The notes under the pieces were generated by a model that was not told the DNA's origin, did no database searches, and saw only the letters and a list, made by a program, of their open reading frames with translations. A stretch of 64,000 bases of DNA from Candidatus Oxydemutatoraceae bacterium. GTDB taxonomy: Bacteria; Pseudomonadota; Gammaproteobacteria; Poriferisulfidales; Oxydemutatoraceae. The position numbers were made by a program, and so were the translations under genes. Positions 52,301 through 61,300 of the stretch are shown here, piece after piece. Location: the NCBI GenBank assembly GCA_965219575.1, contig OZ244779.1, positions 32,001 through 96,000 on the forward strand, in the 5' to 3' direction. How positions within the stretch are numbered: position 1 is the stretch's first letter; each line of letters starts with the position of its first letter.

Positions 52301-55300
52301 ATCAACCCTTGCAACTTCGGGTGTGCCGGATTGAATACCGAATACCAGATCGCTAGAAATATCGTCGGCATCGGCATCATTTAGCACTACCTCAAACTCG
52401 GTCTCTGTTCCTTCCAACAACCTAATCCGGCGCGCAGGTAGACCACTAATCGTCGGCGACACATTCACACGCGTTGAATAACTATAGCCTTGCGAATACA
52501 CCGCCTCGCGATAACCTTGACCATCGGTATAAGTCCCTGCTGCGCGAAATAGACTGCCACCTTCTACTAAAGGAAACGCACTGCCACCTTCCACCGAAAT
52601 ACTAGAACCCAATATCATGTATTGTGTTCCGGTAGCGTCGTCAATATCCAGCCAATCATTTGCCGACGGACAGCCCGCTTCATTTCCTGCACAGACTTGC
52701 CATTGATACGCCACAGCCCCATTAATTCCATTGTCGGGATCGTCGGATAATACCATCGTCGTCAATGTCGTCCCTGCGCTTACTATTTCTATGGCGGTTC
52801 CTAATCTCGCCGAACCATTGTTTCTCTTATTCACCACAACCGATAATGTTCTTGTCGTAAAGAGTGCCCCGTCGCTTACTCTCACCTCCAGATTGAGGGT
52901 TGTTCGGGCGGATGCGGCATCTTTTATATAGTCCGGTGGAATACCGAGTGTTGCCGGATTGCTATTGTCATTGCTCAATACCCCGGAATCCTCGCTCCAG
53001 CGATACATTAAGTCGTCATAGTTCGGATCACTCGCACTCACGCTAATGTCCTGCGTATCACCTTCGTTTATCATTTCCGCTCCGGAAACGATAATAACCG
53101 GTCGTTCATTCGCAATCGTATGCGAGTTCGACTGGATAATTACCGATTGTCCTATACTATCCACAACCATCATTTCTAAACTATAGCTTGTGCCTGCAGT
53201 GCGTCCTGCTCTAGTGTCCGGTATCGTATAGGTTTGACTGGTGGCACCCGCTATCGCAACACCATTTCTATACCACCGATAATCTACCTCAACGATACCG
53301 TTCGCATCCTCTATCGTTGAAGCTGCGCGTAGTAACCATTTATCACTGTTATCCGGTTCTATGCGCAAGCTACCGCTCGGTTTTGCATCAATCAATAATG
53401 TGAAGGTCGTCCGTGTGCTGCCGCCTATACCGTCATCGACAAACACGGTCACCATCAAACCTGTCTCGTTCTTGCTTGCATCTCCGATTAGCGGCACACC
53501 GACCAAAGTTCCCGTCGTAGTGATTACGATGCTTTGCGGCAACCCGACTGCGCTATACCTTAATACATCATCGTCGGCATCGGCAAAAAACTCGCTGGTC
53601 TTCAGCTCGAATGCTTCTCCTACCGTTGCCACAACTCGCGACGGCACATTGTCGAACAACACCTGCGGTGGTGTATTGACCCGTACCATAACCTCTGTAT
53701 CGGTACTAACATTCTTACTATCGGTTGCGGTGAATGTAATTGTCGCTTCTCCACTTTGCTTGGCGGTTAGCATGAGGGTGATAATCGTATCGGTCGTTAT
53801 CGTGTCGGTTTGTGTCGGTAGCACCGATACCCTAGATCGGCTTGACGACACCGCCTCCAAAACAACACGATCGCCGACATCAAAATTAGTGTCCGACAGC
53901 AGCACCACGACCTGTGTAGTGTTGCCCAGCCCTATCGTTTGCATAGGTACGGCAATCACCTCAAGCATCGGGGCTTCGTTCCCTTCCACTTCCACCTCAA
54001 ACCGTTCCGAAACCTTGGAGTTTGACACACCTCTATCATCATTGACCGTCGCAGTGATTGTTGCAATACCGGCACCAACACCGGTAATCTTAATCGTACG
54101 GGTCGTACCTGCTCCCGCCACATCAACTCTTGCAACTTCGGGTGTATCGGACCGAACACCGAATACTAGATTGCTAGAAATATCGTCGGCATCGAGATCG
54201 TTTAGCTCCACCTCAAACTCGGCCTCTGTTCCTTCAAACAGCCTGATCCGTTGTGCAGGCAGGCCGCTAATCGTCGGCGACGCATTGACACGCGTTGAAT
54301 AACTATAGCCTTGCGAATACACCTCCTCACGATAACCTTGACCATCGGTATAAGTCCCTTCTACACGAAATAGACTGCCACCCTCTACTAAGGGAAATGT
54401 ACTGCCATCTTCCACCAAAATACTAGAACCCGATATCATATACCGTATCCCGCCGGCATCGTCAATATTCATCCAATGACTCTGCGAAGGACAACGCCCT
54501 TCATTCCCTTCACAGACTTGCCATTGATACACCATAGTCCCACTAGTGCCTCCGTCGGGATCGTCGGATAATATCATCGCCGTTGATGTCGTCCCCCTGC
54601 TTCCTATTTCTACGGAGATTCGTATCGTTGCAGAACCATTATTTTTCTTCCTCACTTCTACCAATACCGCACTTGTCGTAGCGAGCTCCCCGTCGCTCAC
54701 TTCTACCTCCAAATTGAGCGTCGTTCGGGTGGATGCGACATCTTTTATATAGTCGGGTGGAACATTGAGTGTTGCCGGGTTACTATGCTCATTACTCAAT
54801 ATCCCGGAATCCTCGCTCCAGCGATACATTAAGTCGTCATAGTTTGCATCACTCGCACTCACGCTAATATTTTGCGTATCGCCCTCAGCGATCATCTCCG
54901 CTGCAGTAATGCTTGTGATAACCGGTCGTTCATTTGCAATGACATAGAGGTTGGATTCGATAACCACCGATTGTCCCAGGTTATCCATGATTATTAGGTC
55001 TAGTCTATAACTTGTGCCGGTAGCACGCCCCGCTCTATTGTCGGTTATCATATAGGTTCGGCTGGTAGCATCCGTTATAGCGATACTGTTTCTATACCAC
55101 CGATAATTCACCCCAACGATATCGCTTGCATCCGCTATCGTTGAAGTCGAACGCAACAGCCATTTATTAGTGTCGTCCGGTGTTATGCTAACACTGTCGT
55201 TTGGTCGTGCATTAACACGCACCGATAGAGCCACACTACCGCGCAACCCGGCACCGTCCATTACGATGAATGTTATCGCCGCTGTTCCTGCCTTAACACC

Positions 55301-58300
55301 GGTTAATGTAAAGGTTATGCTCGTATCGGTCGTTATCGTATCGGTTTGCGTCGGTACCACCGATACGATAGACCGGCTCGATGACATCGCCTCCAAAACG
55401 ACACGATCGCCGATATCAAAATTAGTGTCCGACACCAACACCACGACCTGTGTGGTGTTGCCCGGCTTTATCGCGAGCTGCGGCGCAATAATAATCTCAA
55501 GCATCGGAGCTTCGTTCCCTTCGACTTCCACCTCAAACTGTTTTGAAACCTCGGAGTTCGACACACCTCTGCCGTCATTCACCGTCGCAGTGACTGTCGC
55601 AATACCGACACCGATAGCGGTAATCTTAATCGTGCGGGTCGTACCTGCTCCCTCTACACTTACGCTTACGACTTCGGGTTCATCCGATTGAATACCGAAT
55701 ATTAGATCACTTGATATATCGTCGGTGTCGGCATCGCTTAGCACTACAACAAACTTGGTCTCGGTTCCTTTGAACAGCCTAATCCGTTGCAAAGGTATAC
55801 CGCTAATCTTCGGCGAATTATTCACACGCTCTCTATGAGTATATCTCGGAGCGTCAATCGTTTCACTATAACCTTGACCATCGGTATAAGTCGCTTCTGC
55901 ACGAAATACACTGCTATCTTTTACTATCTGAAATCTGCTGCCGCCTTCCAACAAAATACTAGAACCCGATATGATGTACTGGGCTTCGGTAGCTCCCTCA
56001 ATATCCAGCCAATCATTCTCCGAAGGACAAAAGAATCCGTTCCCTTCACATACCTGCCATTGATACGCCACAGCCTCACCGGTGCCTCCGTCAGGATCAT
56101 CGGAGGATACGGTTGTCATGATTGCCGTATCTCCGTTTATTTCGTCTAGGGAGAGTCCTAATCTTGCAGAGCCATTATTTTTCTTGTTCACCACGACCAG
56201 TACCGTTCTTGTCGTAAAGAGCTCCCCGTCGCTTACTCCCACCTCCAGATTGAGTATCGTTTGGGTGGATACGGCATCTCTTATATAGTAGGGTGGAATG
56301 CTTAATCTCGCCGGATTGCTATTCTCATTGCTCAATACCCCGGAGTCCCCAATCCAGAGATACATTAAGTCGTCATAGTTCGGATCACTCGCTGTCACGC
56401 TAATGTCCTGCGTATCACCCTCACTGATCATCTTTGCCACAGGAACGGTAATAATCGGTCGTTCATTTGCAACCGTATAGGAGTTTGAGCGAATAACTAC
56501 CGATTGCCCTAGACTATCGATGACCGTCATTTCTAAACTATAGCTTGTGCCTGCGGCGCGTCCCTCTCTATTGTCCGCTATCGTATAGGTCGGGCTGGTA
56601 GCACCCGCTATCGCAACACCCTCTCTATACCATTGATAATTTACCTCAACAATGCCGTTCGCATCCTCTACGATTGCAGTCAATAGCCATTGGTCATCGG
56701 GATCTACACGCACACCACCGGTCGGCTTCGCATCGACAGACACCAGCAAAGAGACACTATCGGTTGACACGCTCCTATCCGTTGCAGTGAATACAATAGT
56801 CGCTGTTCCTGCTTTAATACCGCTTAGTGTGAAGGGTACGCTCATATCGGTCGCTATAGGGTCGGTTCTCGTCGGTATCACCGATACGATAGAGCGGCTT
56901 GACGACATCGCCTCCAAAACCACACGATCGCCGACATCAAAATTAATGTCCGATATCAAAACCATTACCTGTGTGGTGTTGCCCAGCCCTAGTATTTGCT
57001 GTGGGAAAACAATAACCTCAAGCATCGGGGCTTCGTTCCCTTCGACTTCCACCTCAAACCGTTCCGAGACTTCGGAGTTCGACATACCTCTACCATCGTT
57101 GACCGTCGCAGTGATTGTCGTAATACCGACACCGATAGCGGTAATCTTAATCGTACGGGTGGTACCCGCGCCTTCTACATCAACCCTTGCAACTTCGGGT
57201 ATGTCGGATTGAATACCGAATACCAGATCGCTTGATATATCGTCGGCATCGGGATCGTTCAGCTCCACCTCAAACTCGGTCTTTGTTCCTTCCAACAACC
57301 TAATCCGTTGTACGGGTAGTCCGTTAATCGTCGGCGACGCATTGACACGTTTTGAATAACTATAGCCTTGCGAATACACCTCTTCGCGATAGCCCTGACC
57401 ATCGGTATAAGCCCCTTCTACGCGAAATAGACTGCGACCTTCTACTAAAAGAAATAGATCGCCACCTTCCACCGAAATACTAGAACCCAATATCATGTAT
57501 TGTGTTCCGGTGGCGTCGTCAATATCCAACCAATCATTAGCCGACGGACAACCCGCTTCATTTCCTGCACAGACCTGCCATTGATACGCCACAGCCCCAC
57601 TCATTCCATTGTCGGGATCGTCGGATAATACCATCGTCGTCAGTGTCGTCCCTGCGCTTACTATTTCTATGGAGGTTCCTAATCTCGCAGAACCATTGTT
57701 TCTCTTGTTCACCACGACCGATACCGTCCCGGTCGTAGCAAGCTCTCCATCGCTTACTCTCACTTCTAAATTAACTGTTGTCCGAGAGGATACGGCATCT
57801 TGTATATAGTCCGGTGGAATACCGAGTGTTGTCGGATTGCTATTGTCATTGCTCAATACCCCGGAATCCTCGCTCCAGCGATACATTAAGTCGTCATAGT
57901 TCGGATCTCTCGCAATCACGCTAATGTCCTGCGTATCACCTTCGTTTATCATCTCCGCTACAGTAATACTTGTGATAATCGGTCGTTCATTCGCAATCAT
58001 ATAGGAGTTTGATTGGATAACTACCGATTGTTCTATACTATCAATGACCGTCAGTTCTAAACTATAGTTTGTGCCTGCGGCGCGTCCTGCTCTATTGTCC
58101 GGTATCGTATAGGTCGGGCTGGTAGCACTCGCTATCGCAACACCATTCCTATACCACCGATAATTTACCTCAACGATACCGTTCGCATCCTCTACCATTG
58201 CAGTCAACAACCATTGGTCATCGGGATTTACACGCAAGCTACCACTCGGTTTCGCATCAATCAATAGTGTGAAGGTCGTCCGTGTGCTGCCGCCTATACC

Positions 58301-61300
58301 GTCATCGACAGACACGGTCACCATCAAACCTGTCCCGTTCTTGCTTGCATCTCCGATTAGCGGCACACCGACCAAAGTTCCCGTCGTAGTGATTACGATG
58401 CTTTGCGGCAACCCGACTGCGCTATACCTTAATACATCATCGTCGGCATCGGCAAAAAACTCGCTGGTCTTCAGCTCGAATGCTTCTCCTACCGTTGCCA
58501 CAACTCGCGATGGCACATCGTCGGACAACACCTGCGGTGGTGTATTGACCCGTACCATAACCTCTGTATCGGTACTGACATTCTTACTATCGGTTGCGGT
58601 GAATGTAATCGTCGCTTCTCCACTTTGCTCGGCGGTTAGCATGAAGGTTATCATCGTATCGGTCGTTATCGTGTCGGTTTGTGTCGGTAGCACCGATACC
58701 CTAGATCGGCTTGACGACATCGCTTCCAGAACAACACGATCGCCGACATCAAAATTAGTGTCCGACACCAGCACCACGACCTGTGTGGTGTTGCCCAGTC
58801 CTGTCGTTTGCTCGGGTGCGGCAATAACCTCAAGCATCGGGGCTTCGTTCCCTTCGACTTCCACCTCAAACCGTTCCGAAACCTTGGAGTTTGACACACC
58901 TCTATCATCGTTCACCGTCGCAGTGATTGTCGCAATACCGGCACCGATAGCGGTAATCTTAATCGTGCGGGTCGTACCCGCACCTGCCACATCAACCCTT
59001 GCAACTTCGGGTATATCGGACTGAACACCGAATACTAGATTGCCGGAAATATCGTCGGCATCGGCATCATTTATTGTTACATTCAATGTGGTTTCTGTTC
59101 CTTCAAACAGCCTGATCCGTTGCAAAGGTAGACCGCTAATCGTCGGCGACGCATTGACACGCCCTGAATAACTATAGCCTTGCGAATACACCACTTCGCT
59201 ATAGCCCTGACCATCGGTATAAGTTCCTTCTACACGAAATAGACTATCACCCACTACTAAGGGAAGTGTGCTGCCATCTTCCAGCAAAATACTAGAATCC
59301 GATATGATGTATTGTGTTCCGCCGGCGTCGTTAATATTCATCCAATTACTCTCCGATGGACAACGCCCTTCATTCCCTTCACAGACTTGCCATTGATATC
59401 CTACAGCCCCACTAACTCCATTGTCGGGATCGTCGGATAATACCATCACCGCTAATGTCGTCTCTCTGCTTCCTATTTCTATGAGGTTTCCTAAAGTTGC
59501 AGAACCATTGTTCTGCTTGTTGACCACCACCGATACCGTCCCGGTCGTGGCGAGCTCTCCGTCGCTTACTCTCACCTCTAAATTAACTGTTGTTCGGGTG
59601 GATGCGGCATCTTTTATATAGTCCGGTGGAATGCCGAGTATTGCCGGGTTACTATGCTCATTGCTCAATATTCCGGAATCCTCGCTCCAGCGATACATTA
59701 AGTTGTCATAGTTCGGATCACTCGCACTCACGCTAATATTTTGCGTATCGCCTTCACCGATCATCTTCGTTGCAGTAGTGCTTATGATAACCGGCCGTTC
59801 ATTCGCAACTCTAAGCGAGTTGGATTGAATAACTACCGATTGCCCTATACTGTCTATAACCGTCAGTTCTAAGCGATAGCTTGTGCCGGTCGCACGCCCT
59901 TCTCTATTATCCGCTATCATGTAGTTCCGATTGGTGGCATTAGCTATCACAACGCCATTTCTATACCACCGATAATCCACCTCGGCTATACCGTTCGCAT
60001 CCTCTATCGTTGAAGTCGAACCCAATAACCATTTATTGCTGCTATCCGGTTCTATGCGCACACTACCGGTCGGCTTCGCATCGACACGCACCGACACGGT
60101 TTCACTATCGGCCGCCCCTTTGCTATCGATTACAGTAAACCTAACCATTGCAGTACCCCCTCTGACACCTTTCAGCGTAATGCGCTCCGTCTTATTACTA
60201 CTTATTCCGGCAATTTGCCTCGGCTCTACTAACACTTCCGATACCACGGATGATGTTAATAACACCCTATCGCCGGCATCAAAATTATCATCCATCACTT
60301 CGACCGAGATCACTATCCTGTCATCCACCGATATCAATTCGGACAGTGATGTGATTGTAATTTTAGGGGCATCGTTCGTTTCTGTGGTCACCACAAATGT
60401 CGTACTACTTACAGAATCGGCTGAACCTTCACCGTCGTCCACCGACACCGTAATCTCCGACCTACCGATATCCGAACCGGTGAAAACACGAAGTGTACGA
60501 ACTAAACCGCCGCCTTCGGCTATGCTCGCAGTTGCAATGTTGTCGTTGCTAGACTTAACACCGGTCTTGAATTGGGTCGGATCGTCGCCAATACCGACAC
60601 TTAATACGACATTCAAATCTTTCACGGTCTCCGTCAATAATCTGATATCCGATATCGGTTCTATAGGTGCTGTGCGTACGATTTGAAGTTGCCCGGTCAG
60701 CGGTGTGCCGCAATCCGGATCTTCGGCAGTGCCACATGCCGGTTGACTTTGATCAAGTCCTACCGCATATTCAAGCGTCGGGTATTGATCGGTTGCGCTA
60801 AAATCCCAATCGGCAGTACTCCAATCGTAATAAATCTCTGTCACACTATTGCCCGGTTGCGTAGGTATTTGCATCTCTACACTGGTCCTAGAAATGCCAC
60901 CGGCACTTACTACGGTGGGGTTATTGGTTTTATTCCAATAACTTTTTTCAACATGACCGTCCCTATTCTCTCCGATTAGTCCGCCGCTATTGGCATCTCC
61001 TCTTACACGACCTGTCGCATAGCTTTTAGTAACTCTGCCGACACCCGAGTTGTTAGCTAGACCTAGATTAACCCCGACTAATCCACCGACCCCGTCTTTG
61101 CCTCTCACATTACCTTGAGCATAGCTGTTTATAATGGCTCCTCTTGCACTCCATCCGACCAAGCCTCCGATATAGCGATTCGCACCGTCCACATTACCTC
61201 TAGCATAACTATTCGTAATCGTACCCTGAAGATTATTACCGACAAAGCCTCCGACTCCGTTATCGCCTTTTACAAATCCGAGAGCATAACTATTCGTAAT

